From the NCBI GenBank assembly GCA_964500895.1, contig CAZCQP010000001.1, positions 46,721-110,720 on the forward strand: DNA of 64,000 nt, given 5' to 3'. Source of the DNA: an uncultured Eubacteriales bacterium. Its GTDB lineage: Bacteria; Bacillota; Clostridia; Lachnospirales; JAISER01. A model generated the notes under the pieces. That model searched no databases and was not told where the DNA came from. It saw only the letters and a program-made list of their open reading frames with translations. The position numbers were made by a program, and so were the translations under genes. Positions 9,040 through 19,334 of this stretch are shown in pieces. Position 1 is the first letter of the stretch, and the number at the start of each line of letters is the position of its first letter.

Positions 9040-12000
9040 ATGGCATATAACAACACCATTTTACAAAACAATAACAACACTTTTATCGCCCCTGTCGGCG
9101 CTCAAAACCGGCAGGGGGGAACACCTGTTTTGGCCCCCGGCCTTACTTTTTGGGCCAACATCACCGCCCAGAATGCCAACAAAGTCACCCTTGAAGCGGA
9201 CGGTGGCTTTGTTTTTACTGCCGAAAAGGACAAAATTGTAGGCGATGTGGGCGAGCGCATTCAGTTTAAAGTGCTGGAGTCTGGCAAAGAGGGCAAAGGC
9301 GGCTTTGTGGTGCGCCAAATGAACGTGAGCAGCCAAAAGCAAGCCATGTTCATGGAGAAACAAGTGGATGCCCAAAACATTAAGGATTTGTTTAAACAAA
9401 GCAACCTTATTACCGATGAAAAAGATTTTTTCAAAGACAACATGGAGGAACAAATGCGCACATGGCGTGCTGTAGCTGCCATTAAGCAAAAGCTGGCAAG
9501 CGGTGCTGCCAATTTAAGCCAAAGTGCGGTGCAACAGCTGTTGTCCAAAGGCATTTCATTAGAAAAGATTAGTTTCAGCACGTTAACAGAAGTGATGACG
9601 GACATTTCCGTGGCTGAAAAAAAAGCGGTTTCTCCCCAAGAACTGGCAGACGCCGGTGCCCGGTTGGACATGGTGAAGCAGTTAAGCCCCGGAGCCATGG
9701 TGATGCTGATTAAGAATAACGACCCGCTAACCTTTAACAATTTATACATGGCCAATTTCTCTGCTGCCAAAGAGCACGCCGCCCCCCAAACCCCCATGAC
9801 AGAGGAACTAGACGGGGAACTTGAAAAGCTGTTTACCAGAGAAGGCATTGAACCCTCGGAACAAAACAAAGATATTGCCAAGTTTTTATTGGCCAATGAT
9901 TGTGACATTTCAAAGGAAAACATAGATAAAGTGGCTTTCTTCCGGGAATTGAATCAAGGGCAATACGATAAGCCTTTGTCCGAAGCCATTGCCGTTTGCT
10001 TGCAAAAAGGACAGAACTTAGGGAAAATGAAACTTTTTGAGTTGGCCTTACCCCACAGCCAGCAAGCCATGGAACTGGCAGCCCGATATGAAGAACTGAT
10101 TAAAGCCTTACCGGACTTTAACCCCGATGCCATTGACGACTTATTAGAGCAGCAAATTCCCGTTACTCTGCAAAACCTGTACAACGCCCACCAACAGCAA
10201 GGTGGGCAACAGACGGCAGCCCCCGTAAACCGGGCGGCCAGTTTAGGTGCAGACTTTGCCATTGCTTCTGTCATTGCCAAAAGGCAACTGGCGGAAATTA
10301 CATTGAAGCTGACGTTAGAAGCCGCACAACGGCTGGCGGGAAAGAACATCAACATCAACACCATGCCTTTGCAGCAGGCCTTGAACCATTTGCGGGCCAT
10401 TGAAGCGGAATGCTACACCCAAAACTTCCAGTTTGCCGGTGCGGAAGCCACACCAGAACGGCTTTCCCATATGCGGCTTTTGTATGCCAACATGGCCGAG
10501 ATGAACCCCTTGACCATCAACGTGTTTGGCAACATCTTAAACCGTGTAACACCCTTTAACCTGGCAGGCATTCATAAAGACGTGTCTCATGCCAAGTTGC
10601 AGGAAAACTACGAACAATTTGCCACCGTGCCCAACCCTAAATACGGGGACTCTTTTGCCAAAATTCGACAGAATATTCAAGGCTTTTTGGCCAAGGCTGG
10701 CATTGACACTTCCGACCAAAACGTAAAAGCCGCTGCCATTTTGTCTAAAAATAATATGGACATCACCCAGGACAGCGTAGATAAAGTGAAGCTCATCGAC
10801 TTAAAAATAGACTATGTGCAAAACCGGCTGCACCCCAACATTGCAGCGTCTATCATTCGGGACGGCTTAAACCCCCTGGACATGCACATTGACGAGCTGA
10901 TTAGCTACATTGACCGTTTCGACAACGCCTATGGTGAAAATTTAAAAGACAAAATGTCTGCCCATATGGTGGAGCTGTTTAAACAAGAAAACATCCAGAA
11001 ACAGGAGCGTAACGCCATCATTGCCATTTACCGTATGCTGAATGCCATTGAAAACGACGGTGCTGTGGCGGTGGGGGTGACGGTGAAAAACGGCGTTAAC
11101 CTGACCATGGGCAACATGCTGGAAGCCGCCAAGTATTACAACCGCACCAAAGGCAAGGAAAACATGCTGTCCTTTGATGTGGACGACAATTTTGGCTCTT
11201 TAAACAAGCTGAAAGTGCCGGAGGGGCATATTTCCTCCATTTTCTCTTCCCTGGAAAACGGAACAGACGAAAAACCTTCCGCCCATGTTCAGCTGCACGA
11301 CTTTGCTTTTAAACGCTTTGTGGAACATGCAGACCCCCGGGTGCTGGCGGCATTTTTGGCTAAAAACCCCCACCTAGCGGACAAAACACTGGAAGAAGCC
11401 GCCGCCGAACTGCAAGATTTAAAAGAAAGCCAAAATACGGCCTCAGAAGGAAAGCTTAGCCAACGGCTGGAACAATTGGCCCAGCTTTTCCAAAGCGACC
11501 CTACCACCATCCGATGGATGGAACAAAACCATATTCCTGCCACCATGACCAACATCAACGCCTTAAACCAACTTCGGAAAAACCCGTTCTTTATCGGACA
11601 GGCGCTGGAAAAACTGATGGAGGATATGGATGCAGAAAGCCGGGCAGAATTAGAAGAAATTTTGCCGGATGCTTCTTTAAAAACTGTGGACAGCACCGCC
11701 CCGGAGAGCTTGTGGCAAAACCTGCAACACCGGCTGGATGATTTAAAAGAAAATGGCCACTCCCCCACTTTGTCTTTCCTCCAGCAGTTTCAGGTGGTGC
11801 AAAACGCCATTAAGGTGCAAAACAACTTGCAAGCCACCAGCCAAAGTGCCGGTATTAAAATACCGGTGAAACTTAAGAACAAAGTGACCGATTTAAACAT
11901 TTACATGGTGAATAAGTCTCCCCAGCAGCCCAACCAAGACAACCGGGTGCTGATGGCGCTGGATACAGGCCACCTGGGCACGGTGCAGTTTGATGTGAGC

Positions 12001-12225
12001 TTGTCCGGCAACCGGTTGAGCCTGGCCGTCCATAACCCCAACGACCGGGTTTTGGCCTATTTAGAGAAGGACAAAGCCAAGCTTTCCAATATGTTGCAGT
12101 CCTTAGGCTTTGAGGTGTCTGAATTGACCTTTGCCAGGAAAGAGCCGGAAAACCCCTTGGACGGCCAAATGGCCATTAAAACGGACTTTGCAGACCTTTC
12201 TTCTAAATACGAGGCTATGGTCTAA
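9040..12225 (+). CDS. 1061-aa flagellar-locus protein with FliK-like C-terminal domain
   Basis: No terminator after the flagellin, and an RBS GAGAAGGGA. The last ~110 aa (LDTGHLGTVQFDVSLSGNRLSLAVHNPNDRVLAYLEKDKAKLSNMLQSLGFEV) follow the Flg_hook/FliK C-terminal pattern. I could not assign the rest. Confidence 0.6.
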   Translation: MAYNNTILQNNNNTFIAPVGAQNRQGGTPVLAPGLTFWANITAQNANKVTLEADGGFVFTAEKDKIVGDVGERIQFKVLESGKEGKGGFVVRQMNVSSQKQAMFMEKQVDAQNIKDLFKQSNLITDEKDFFKDNMEEQMRTWRAVAAIKQKLASGAANLSQSAVQQLLSKGISLEKISFSTLTEVMTDISVAEKKAVSPQELADAGARLDMVKQLSPGAMVMLIKNNDPLTFNNLYMANFSAAKEHAAPQTPMTEELDGELEKLFTREGIEPSEQNKDIAKFLLANDCDISKENIDKVAFFRELNQGQYDKPLSEAIAVCLQKGQNLGKMKLFELALPHSQQAMELAARYEELIKALPDFNPDAIDDLLEQQIPVTLQNLYNAHQQQGGQQTAAPVNRAASLGADFAIASVIAKRQLAEITLKLTLEAAQRLAGKNININTMPLQQALNHLRAIEAECYTQNFQFAGAEATPERLSHMRLLYANMAEMNPLTINVFGNILNRVTPFNLAGIHKDVSHAKLQENYEQFATVPNPKYGDSFAKIRQNIQGFLAKAGIDTSDQNVKAAAILSKNNMDITQDSVDKVKLIDLKIDYVQNRLHPNIAASIIRDGLNPLDMHIDELISYIDRFDNAYGENLKDKMSAHMVELFKQENIQKQERNAIIAIYRMLNAIENDGAVAVGVTVKNGVNLTMGNMLEAAKYYNRTKGKENMLSFDVDDNFGSLNKLKVPEGHISSIFSSLENGTDEKPSAHVQLHDFAFKRFVEHADPRVLAAFLAKNPHLADKTLEEAAAELQDLKESQNTASEGKLSQRLEQLAQLFQSDPTTIRWMEQNHIPATMTNINALNQLRKNPFFIGQALEKLMEDMDAESRAELEEILPDASLKTVDSTAPESLWQNLQHRLDDLKENGHSPTLSFLQQFQVVQNAIKVQNNLQATSQSAGIKIPVKLKNKVTDLNIYMVNKSPQQPNQDNRVLMALDTGHLGTVQFDVSLSGNRLSLAVHNPNDRVLAYLEKDKAKLSNMLQSLGFEVSELTFARKEPENPLDGQMAIKTDFADLSSKYEAMV

Positions 12226-12244
12226 ACATTATCTGGAGGTTCAC

Positions 12245-12388
12245 ATGGACAATCAACACACCGCAGCCACCCCAAAAAGCACCTTAAAAGCCAGCCCGAA
12301 CCCCAACGCCCTGCCCCCCAGGCTTTTAGACCTGGCGGCGGCATTGGCGGCTTTTATAGACGAAGCAGATAAACCCATCAAGGAGTGA
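12245..12388 (+). CDS. 47-aa hypothetical protein (flagellar operon)
   Basis: ATG at 12245 behind GGAGG. Its stop overlaps the fliS RBS. MDNQHTAATPKSTLKASPNPNALPPRLLDLAAALAAFIDEADKPIKE. Confidence 0.45.
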   Translation: MDNQHTAATPKSTLKASPNPNALPPRLLDLAAALAAFIDEADKPIKE

Positions 12389-12393
12389 GCGCC

Positions 12394-12870
12394 ATGGCCC
12401 TTTGCAAAGAAGATTATGTGGCCCGTATTGCACAAGCCAGCGGGGTTCAGCTGACCATCATCACCTATGAGCTGGCCATCCATTATATTGAAGAAGCTAA
12501 AGCGCTGGCCAGTCATCCAGGTGAAAAGGAAGCCTATGGGCAGGCCGTGAACAAAGCCCGTGCCGCCGTTGAAAGCTTGATGGATACGTTAGACATGGCC
12601 GTAACATTCAGCCGTGAACTGATGCCCCTGTACATTTACATCAACAAACGGCTGGCAGAAGTTTATTTTAATCAGAACATGGCCTTGCTGGACGAAGCCC
12701 AAACACTGCTGCAAACCCTTTTAGAAGGCTGGCAGGAAGTGGAAAAAAGCCAGGCAGATGCGGCCCCCCTCATGGATAGTGCCCAGCAACTGTATGCCGG
12801 GCTTACTTACAAAAACGGCCGCTTGCAGGAGTATATTCAGGAAGACGACAGCAGAGGATTTCAAGCATAA
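12394..12870 (+). CDS. fliS: flagellar export chaperone FliS
   Basis: Four-helix FliS pattern (LTIITYELAIHYIEEA.., A..ESLMDTLD.., LMPLYIYINKRLAEVYF, LLEGWQE). ATG at 12394 behind AAGGAG. Confidence 0.75.
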   Translation: MALCKEDYVARIAQASGVQLTIITYELAIHYIEEAKALASHPGEKEAYGQAVNKARAAVESLMDTLDMAVTFSRELMPLYIYINKRLAEVYFNQNMALLDEAQTLLQTLLEGWQEVEKSQADAAPLMDSAQQLYAGLTYKNGRLQEYIQEDDSRGFQA

Positions 12871-12889
12871 TTTCTACCAACATAACAAC

Positions 12890-12935
12890 AAAAGCCATAA
12901 TCACCAGCAAGTGGGCGTGATTATGGCTTTTTTAT
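12890..12935 (+). terminator. intrinsic terminator after fliS
   Basis: AAAAGCCATAATCAC-loop-GTGATTATGGCTTTTTT. Confidence 0.85.
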
Positions 12936-12938
12936 TGC

Positions 12939-13024
12939 TTTACAATTTTTTTACATTTGCGCCCTGTATATTTTACATGCATTTTACATAAACCCACCCT
13001 TATATTTTACATTGGCCCTTTACA
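12939..13024 (+). promoter_or_regulatory. Pho-box array (six TTTACA direct repeats, about 11-bp phasing)
   Basis: TTTACA at 12939, 12950, 12972, 12983, 13006 and 13019, giving spacings of 11, 22, 11, 23 and 13. This matches the Bacillus PhoP TT(A/T/C)ACA direct-repeat logic. It lies immediately upstream of pstS, and phoPR is in the same cluster. Confidence 0.75.
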
Positions 13025-13069
13025 ATAACTTTGTATTAAACATTGTTTTAAATTTAAGGAGAGATAATC

Positions 13070-13993
13070 ATGAAAAAAATGTTAAGGTTGTTACTTGCAA
13101 CTGCTTGCCTGGCCGGGCTTTTTGCCGGATGCCAAGGTAAAACCGATACCCCTGCACAACCCAGCGCTAGCCCAGATGCACAAGAACAACCCACCGAGGC
13201 CCCTGCTGCAAAAGACACCATCATTTCTGTGGTTTCCCGTGAAGACGGCAGCGGCACAAGAGGCGCTTTCATTGAACTGTTTGGCGTTGAAGTGAAAAAC
13301 GAAGACGGCACCAAAAAAGACATGACCACCAAAGAAGCCATCATTGCCAAAGCCACAGACGTGATGATGACCAACGTAGCAAGCGATGAAGATGCCATTG
13401 GCTACATTTCTTTAGGTTCTGTAAACGACACCATCAAACCGTTAAACATCGATGGCGTGGCTGCTACCCCTGAAAACGTAAAAAGCGGTACATACAAAGT
13501 GTCCCGTCCTTTCGTTATCGCAACCAAAGGTGAAGCCGATGGCTTAACCAAAGACTTTATCGACTTTATCCTTTCCGAAGAAGGCCAGGCGGTTGTGTCT
13601 AAAAGCTACATTGCTGTTGTAGAAGGCGCACCTGCTTACAACGGCACCAAACCTAGCGGCAAAATTGTTGTGGCCGGTTCTTCCTCTGTTACACCCATTA
13701 TGGAAAAATTGAAAGAAGCTTATGAAGCAGTAAACACCAATGCCTCCATTGAAATTCAACAATCCGACAGCTCCACCGGTATGACCGCTGCCATCGACGG
13801 CACCTGCGACATCGGCATGTCCTCCAGAGCGCTGAAAGACAGCGAAAAAGAACAACTTTTAGACACCCAAATTGCCCTGGACGGCATTGCAGTGATTGTT
13901 AACAACAACAACCCTATTAGTAACTTAACCAGTGAACAAGTGAAAAATATTTATACAGGAGAGGTAACCAGATGGAACGAAGTGCAAGAATAA
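13070..13993 (+). CDS. pstS: phosphate ABC transporter substrate-binding lipoprotein PstS
   Basis: Lipobox LFAGC. Contains SREDGSGTRGAF and GSSSV motifs. First gene of pstSCAB. Confidence 0.92.
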   Translation: MKKMLRLLLATACLAGLFAGCQGKTDTPAQPSASPDAQEQPTEAPAAKDTIISVVSREDGSGTRGAFIELFGVEVKNEDGTKKDMTTKEAIIAKATDVMMTNVASDEDAIGYISLGSVNDTIKPLNIDGVAATPENVKSGTYKVSRPFVIATKGEADGLTKDFIDFILSEEGQAVVSKSYIAVVEGAPAYNGTKPSGKIVVAGSSSVTPIMEKLKEAYEAVNTNASIEIQQSDSSTGMTAAIDGTCDIGMSSRALKDSEKEQLLDTQIALDGIAVIVNNNNPISNLTSEQVKNIYTGEVTRWNEVQE

Positions 13994-14835
13994 TCTTCTT
14001 GATTTCTGCACTGACCTCCGTTGTGGCAGTGGCGCTCATTTGCATATTCTTATTCGCAAATGGGCTCCCTGCCGTTTTCAAGATTGGTGCAGGAAAGTTT
14101 CTTTTCGGTACAGAATGGTCGCCCCAGGACATTCCGCCCCTCTTTGGTATTTTGCCCATGATTTTAGGCAGCATTTATGTAACGGTGGGGGCCATCATTG
14201 TGGGGGTGCCTGTGGGCATTTTAACCTCTGTTTTCATGGCCAAGTTTTGCCCAAAATCTATTGAAAAAGTGTTAAAGCCTGCCCTTTCTCTTTTGGCTGG
14301 CATTCCTTCTGTGGTTTACGGCTTTTTCGGCATGGTGGTGTTGGTGCCCCTGGTGAAAAGCCTGTTCGGCAAAACTTTTGGGGGCAACGGCAACAGCATT
14401 TTCACAGCCTCTATCCTGCTGGGCATTATGATTTTGCCCACCATCATTGAAATAAGCACCAGCGCCATTAAGGCCGTGCCTTCTTCTTATTACGAAGGTG
14501 CCCTGGCTTTAGGGGCCACCCATGAAAAAGCCGTGTTTTTCGTTACGTTACCAGCAGCTGCTTCCGGCATTATGGCGGCCATCACGTTAGGCATCGGCCG
14601 GGCCATTGGTGAAACCATGGCCGTGGTGATGGTGTGCGGCAATCAAGCGGTCATTCGCCTGCCCCATCAAATGTTTAAAGGGGTGCGTACTCTTACCGCC
14701 AACATCATTACGGAAATGGGCTACTCCGAAGGCTTGCACCGTGAAGCCCTCATTGCCACCGGCGTGGTTTTGTTCATCTTCATTTTAATGATTAATTTAA
14801 CCTTTTCCTTGCTCAAAAGGAGGGCGCAGCATTGA
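13972..14835 (+). CDS. pstC: phosphate ABC transporter permease PstC
   Basis: 287-aa polytopic protein with an EAA-type loop (ALGATHEKAVFFVTLP). Overlaps pstS and pstA. Confidence 0.92.
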   Translation: MERSARIIFLISALTSVVAVALICIFLFANGLPAVFKIGAGKFLFGTEWSPQDIPPLFGILPMILGSIYVTVGAIIVGVPVGILTSVFMAKFCPKSIEKVLKPALSLLAGIPSVVYGFFGMVVLVPLVKSLFGKTFGGNGNSIFTASILLGIMILPTIIEISTSAIKAVPSSYYEGALALGATHEKAVFFVTLPAAASGIMAAITLGIGRAIGETMAVVMVCGNQAVIRLPHQMFKGVRTLTANIITEMGYSEGLHREALIATGVVLFIFILMINLTFSLLKRRAQH

Positions 14836-15671
14836 TTTCCAGAATATTAAAAGGGCTTGTTTGGGGTGCGGCAGCCATCACCTTTAGCGTACTTATTTTT
14901 ATCATTGCCTATATCTTGTATAAAGGCGTTCCTTACTTGTCCCCCCAGCTTTTTGCCCTGAAATACACCAGCGAAAACGCTTCCCTGCTCCCCGCATTGG
15001 TGACCACGGTGATGATGACGGGGCTGGCGTTGCTCTTTGCCGTGCCTTTAGGGGTGTTTTCCGCCATTTACCTGGTGGAATATGCCAGCAAAAACAACCA
15101 GCTGGTAAAGGTCATTCGCATCACTACAGAAACTTTATCTGGCATTCCTTCCATTGTGTACGGCTTGTTCGGCATGTTGTTTTTCGTAACATACCTGGGC
15201 TTTGGGTTTTCATTAATTGCCGGCGCACTTACCCTAGCCATTATGATTTTGCCCCTGATTATGCGTTCCAGTGAAGAAGCGTTGCTCTCTGTGTCCGACA
15301 GCTTCCGGGAAGGCAGTTTCGGCTTGGGTGCCGGTCGGCTACGCACCACTTTAAAAATTGTGCTGCCCTCTGCCGCCAACGGCATTTTGGCTGGGGCCAT
15401 TCTGGCCATTGGCCGTATTGTGGGTGAAACAGCGGCCCTTATTTACACAGCCGGAACTGTAGCTCAGATTCCCGGCACAACCAAAAACGGAAGTGTGCTT
15501 TTTGACAGCGGCAGAACATTGTCTGTGCACATGAACGCTTTGTCCAGCGAAGGGCTAAAGGTGGGGCAAGCTTATGCCACCGCCGTGGTTTTGCTGGGCA
15601 CCGTCATACTAATCAATGCTTTAGCCGCCTACACGGCTAAAAAGTTATCCGCAGGAGGGCCCCATGCATAA
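14832..15671 (+). CDS. pstA: phosphate ABC transporter permease PstA
   Basis: 279 aa. TTG start overlaps the pstC stop. Contains [16 protein letters not shown]. Confidence 0.92.
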   Translation: MISRILKGLVWGAAAITFSVLIFIIAYILYKGVPYLSPQLFALKYTSENASLLPALVTTVMMTGLALLFAVPLGVFSAIYLVEYASKNNQLVKVIRITTETLSGIPSIVYGLFGMLFFVTYLGFGFSLIAGALTLAIMILPLIMRSSEEALLSVSDSFREGSFGLGAGRLRTTLKIVLPSAANGILAGAILAIGRIVGETAALIYTAGTVAQIPGTTKNGSVLFDSGRTLSVHMNALSSEGLKVGQAYATAVVLLGTVILINALAAYTAKKLSAGGPHA

Positions 15672-16410
15672 AATCTATGTCAATAACCTTGATTTATGGT
15701 ATAATCAATTCAAGGCATTAAAAAATATAAATTTACCCATTGAACAAAATGTGATAACCGCCTTTATCGGTCCTTCCGGCTGCGGCAAGTCTACCCTGCT
15801 TAAATCCATCAACCGGATGAACGATTTAATCGAAGGTTGCCGGGTAGAAGGGGAAATTTTGTTAGACGGGGAAAACATTCAGCGTTTGAACGTGAACAGC
15901 CTGCGGAAGCGGGTGGGCATGGTGTTTCAAAAGCCCAATCCCTTCCCCATGAGCATTTACGACAACATTGCTTACGGCCCCCGCACCCACGGTATTAAAG
16001 CCAAGCATAAGCTGGACGGCATTGTGGAAAAAGCTTTGCGGGATGCGGCTGTTTGGGAAGAAACCAAAGACCGGCTGAATAAATCGGCGTTAGGCATGTC
16101 TGGCGGCCAGCAACAACGGCTGTGCATTGCCCGGGCGTTGGCGGTACAACCGGAAGTGCTTTTAATGGACGAACCCACCAGCGCCCTAGACCCTATTTCT
16201 ACCAGTAAGATTGAAGACTTGGTGCTGGAGCTGAAAAAAGACTACACCGTCATCATCGTGACCCACAACATGCAACAGGCAACCAGAATTAGCGACAAAA
16301 CCGCTTTTTTCCTTTTGGGGGAAGTTATTGAATACGGCAACACGGACGATATTTTCTCCATGCCCAAGGATAAACGGACAGAGGATTATATCACCGGGAG
16401 GTTTGGATAA
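15664..16410 (+). CDS. pstB: phosphate ABC transporter ATP-binding protein PstB
   Basis: Walker [10 protein letters not shown], signature LSGGQQQR and Walker [12 protein letters not shown]. Confidence 0.95.
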   Translation: MHKIYVNNLDLWYNQFKALKNINLPIEQNVITAFIGPSGCGKSTLLKSINRMNDLIEGCRVEGEILLDGENIQRLNVNSLRKRVGMVFQKPNPFPMSIYDNIAYGPRTHGIKAKHKLDGIVEKALRDAAVWEETKDRLNKSALGMSGGQQQRLCIARALAVQPEVLLMDEPTSALDPISTSKIEDLVLELKKDYTVIIVTHNMQQATRISDKTAFFLLGEVIEYGNTDDIFSMPKDKRTEDYITGRFG

Positions 16411-17057
16411 TGCGTAGTAAATTTGATGAACAACTAACCACACTAAACAACATGCTCATTGAAATGGGCGCACTCATTGAAACAGCCATCCATTTGGGTA
16501 TGGAAGGCCTTGTGAAACAAGATGTGGCCACCGCCAAAAAGGCCATTGATTTGGATGCGGAAATTGACCAGAAGGAAAAAGACATTGAGTCTTTATGCCT
16601 GAAGCTACTTTTGCAGCAGCAACCGGTGGCCAAGGACTTGCGTTTAATTTCGGCAGCCCTTAAAATGATTACAGACATGGAGCGCATTGGCGACCAAGCG
16701 GCAGACATTGCGGAAATAAGCCTATACCTTGCAGAAGCGCCTTACTTAAAAAAGCTGGAGCATATTCCGCAAATGGCCGCCGCAACCACCAAAATGGTGA
16801 CGGACAGCATTGACGCCTTCGTAAAGAAAGACTTGCAGCTGGCTAAAGCAGCCATTAAAGAAGATGACGAAGTGGACGCCCTTTTCATCACCGTTAAAAA
16901 TGATTTAATTCAAATGATTAAGCATAATACAGATTCAGGGGAACAAGCCATGGATTTAATGATGGTGGCCAAATATTTGGAACGCATCGGCGACCATGCG
17001 CAAAACATTGCTGAATGGGTGGTTTTTTCCATCACCGGCAAGCACGAAAACCCGTGA
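16410..17057 (+). CDS. phoU: phosphate signalling modulator PhoU
   Basis: 215 aa with duplicated E(R/I)IGD motifs (MERIGDQAADIA and LERIGDHAQNIA). Confidence 0.92.
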   Translation: MRSKFDEQLTTLNNMLIEMGALIETAIHLGMEGLVKQDVATAKKAIDLDAEIDQKEKDIESLCLKLLLQQQPVAKDLRLISAALKMITDMERIGDQAADIAEISLYLAEAPYLKKLEHIPQMAAATTKMVTDSIDAFVKKDLQLAKAAIKEDDEVDALFITVKNDLIQMIKHNTDSGEQAMDLMMVAKYLERIGDHAQNIAEWVVFSITGKHENP

Positions 17058-17064
17058 GGTGTGT

Positions 17065-17748
17065 ATGTTAAGCATTTATATTGTGGAAGATGATGAAAAC
17101 ATCCGAGACTTGGTGACCTATGCCCTCACCGGCGCAAACTTCACCGCTCTGGCCTTTGAAAACAGCACAGGGCTTTTTGCCCAGTTGCAGCACACCACCC
17201 CGGACTGCATCTTGCTGGACATTATGCTGCCCGGTGAGGACGGGCTTTCCATCCTTAAAAAGCTGCGGCAATCCGGCAAATGGCAGGATGTGCCGGTGAT
17301 GATGCTCACAGCCAAGGGCAGCGAGGTAGACAAAGTGAAAGGGCTGGACCTAGGCGCCGATGACTACATCACCAAGCCCTTTTCCGTGATGGAGCTTATT
17401 TCCCGCATTCACGCCGTTTTGCGCCGCTCAGGCAAAAAACAGCACAAAAAACTGGCTTTTGAAGGCATTGAAATTGATGATGAAAAGCATGTGGTCACCG
17501 CCAACGGAGTCACCGTGAGCCTTACATTGAAAGAGTACCACCTGCTTTGTTATTTGGTGAATCACCCGGAAATGGTGCTCTCCCGGGACAAAATCATTGA
17601 AAATGTGTGGGGGTACGACTTTGAAGGCGAAAGCCGCACCATAGACATGCACATTAAAACTTTGCGGCAAAAGCTGGGTACCTGTGGGCAGTGCATTCAA
17701 ACCGTCCGTGGCATTGGCTACAAAATTGGGAAGGAGCAAACACGTTGA
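17065..17748 (+). CDS. phoP: OmpR-family response regulator (PhoP/PhoB-like)
   Basis: Receiver (IVEDDENI, LLDIMLPGEDG, TAKG, KPF) plus a winged-helix output domain (RTIDMHIKTLRQKL, VRGIGYK). Start trimmed to the ATG at 17065. Confidence 0.9.
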   Translation: MLSIYIVEDDENIRDLVTYALTGANFTALAFENSTGLFAQLQHTTPDCILLDIMLPGEDGLSILKKLRQSGKWQDVPVMMLTAKGSEVDKVKGLDLGADDYITKPFSVMELISRIHAVLRRSGKKQHKKLAFEGIEIDDEKHVVTANGVTVSLTLKEYHLLCYLVNHPEMVLSRDKIIENVWGYDFEGESRTIDMHIKTLRQKLGTCGQCIQTVRGIGYKIGKEQTR

Positions 17749-19313
17749 AAAAACGCATTTTTGTAGACATGGCGGTGGTGATTTTCCTCACCGCTTTTTT
17801 GTTCACTGCCTTGTCTGGTATATTTTTTCATAATCAATTCGGCGTTCAAATGAAGGAAGGGCTTAAAACTTTACGGGTCACCATCATTGATGAAACAGGG
17901 GCTGTGGGCTTTGACAACTACCGGACAGACCTGGAAAACCACAACAACCGGCCGGAAGTGATTGCGGCCCGTGAACATGGGGTTGGGGAAAGCCAGCGTT
18001 ATTCAGACACATTAGGCGAAAACACCACCTACTATGCCATGAAAATGCCCAATGATTCCATTTTGCGGCTGGCATTCACCACCAGCAGCATAACAGGCTG
18101 GTTGTATGGCTTTTTGCCCTATGTGGTGTTAAGCCTGGCGCTGGTGCTTACCATTTCCTTGTTGCTGGCCAAACGGCTGGCCCACCAACTGCTTGCACCC
18201 ATCAACGCCATTGACCTAGACCGCATTGAACTGGCCTATGACGAACTGGCCCCTTTCGCCAGAAAAATAGAAACCCAGCAGCAGGAAATTTCCACCCAAA
18301 TTGCAGCGCTGGAAGACAAAGCCCACACCATTGCCGCCATTACAGACAACATGAAGGAAGGGCTATTGTTTGTAGACAAAGACGGCATCATTCTTTCTTT
18401 TAACAAGCGCATTGAAGAAATTTTTAATGAAAAAGATTTAAGCGGCAAAAACATATTGCATTTAAGCCGGCAAATGGATTTTCTAGACCACGCCAAATTC
18501 GCTTTGTCCGGCACCCATACGGAAATGGTATATAGCCATCTGGCAAAAACTTATGCGGTTTATTTCAGCCCTGCAACGCTGGAAAACGCTGTGAACGGAG
18601 CCATCATTTTGTTTTTAGACATCAGTGATAAACTTATGGCTGAAAAACAGCGGAAGGAGTTTTCCGCCAATGTGTCCCATGAGTTAAAAACCCCATTAAC
18701 CGTTATTTCCGCTTTGTCGGAAATGATTGCCCAGAACATGGCCAAACCGGAAGATGTGCAAAACTTTGCGGAAAAAATCCACGCACAATCCGGCGGGTTG
18801 CTGGCTTTGATAGACGACATCATCCGGCTGTCTGAATTTGATGAAGGCCGGTTGGAAAAATCTTTTGAAGCTTTCGACGTGGCCGCCCTTGCACGGACGG
18901 TAGCCGAAAACCTGACCCCCCTTGCAGCATCTAAAAACGTGGCCGTTTTTGCACCGGAAGGCAACCTGTCTATCAACGCCAACCAACGGATGATCGAGGA
19001 ACTGCTTTTTAACCTGATAGACAACGGCATTAAGTATAATCAAGAAGGGGGCCGGGTGACTGTTTCTATTGAGAAATCCCAAAGCACAGTGACCATAAGG
19101 GTGTCCGATACAGGCATCGGCATAGACCCCAAGCACCACAGCCGTATTTTCGAGCGGTTTTACCGGGTAGACAAATCACGCTCCAAACAAACCGGAGGCA
19201 CGGGGCTGGGCTTGTCCATCGTGAAGCACATTGCAGAATACCACGGGGGGCATGTTGCTATGGAAAGCGAACCAGGCAAAGGCACCGTCATTGCTTGCAC
19301 ATTTCCCGGGTAA
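17745..19313 (+). CDS. phoR: sensor histidine kinase (PhoR-like)
   Basis: TTG start overlaps the phoP stop and sits behind GGAAGGAG. TM segments, a PAS-like region, H-box SHELKTPLT and G-boxes DTGIGI / GTGLGLSIVKH. Confidence 0.88.
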   Translation: MKKRIFVDMAVVIFLTAFLFTALSGIFFHNQFGVQMKEGLKTLRVTIIDETGAVGFDNYRTDLENHNNRPEVIAAREHGVGESQRYSDTLGENTTYYAMKMPNDSILRLAFTTSSITGWLYGFLPYVVLSLALVLTISLLLAKRLAHQLLAPINAIDLDRIELAYDELAPFARKIETQQQEISTQIAALEDKAHTIAAITDNMKEGLLFVDKDGIILSFNKRIEEIFNEKDLSGKNILHLSRQMDFLDHAKFALSGTHTEMVYSHLAKTYAVYFSPATLENAVNGAIILFLDISDKLMAEKQRKEFSANVSHELKTPLTVISALSEMIAQNMAKPEDVQNFAEKIHAQSGGLLALIDDIIRLSEFDEGRLEKSFEAFDVAALARTVAENLTPLAASKNVAVFAPEGNLSINANQRMIEELLFNLIDNGIKYNQEGGRVTVSIEKSQSTVTIRVSDTGIGIDPKHHSRIFERFYRVDKSRSKQTGGTGLGLSIVKHIAEYHGGHVAMESEPGKGTVIACTFPG

Positions 19314-19334
19314 TAAGATAAGGGGGAATACCAC

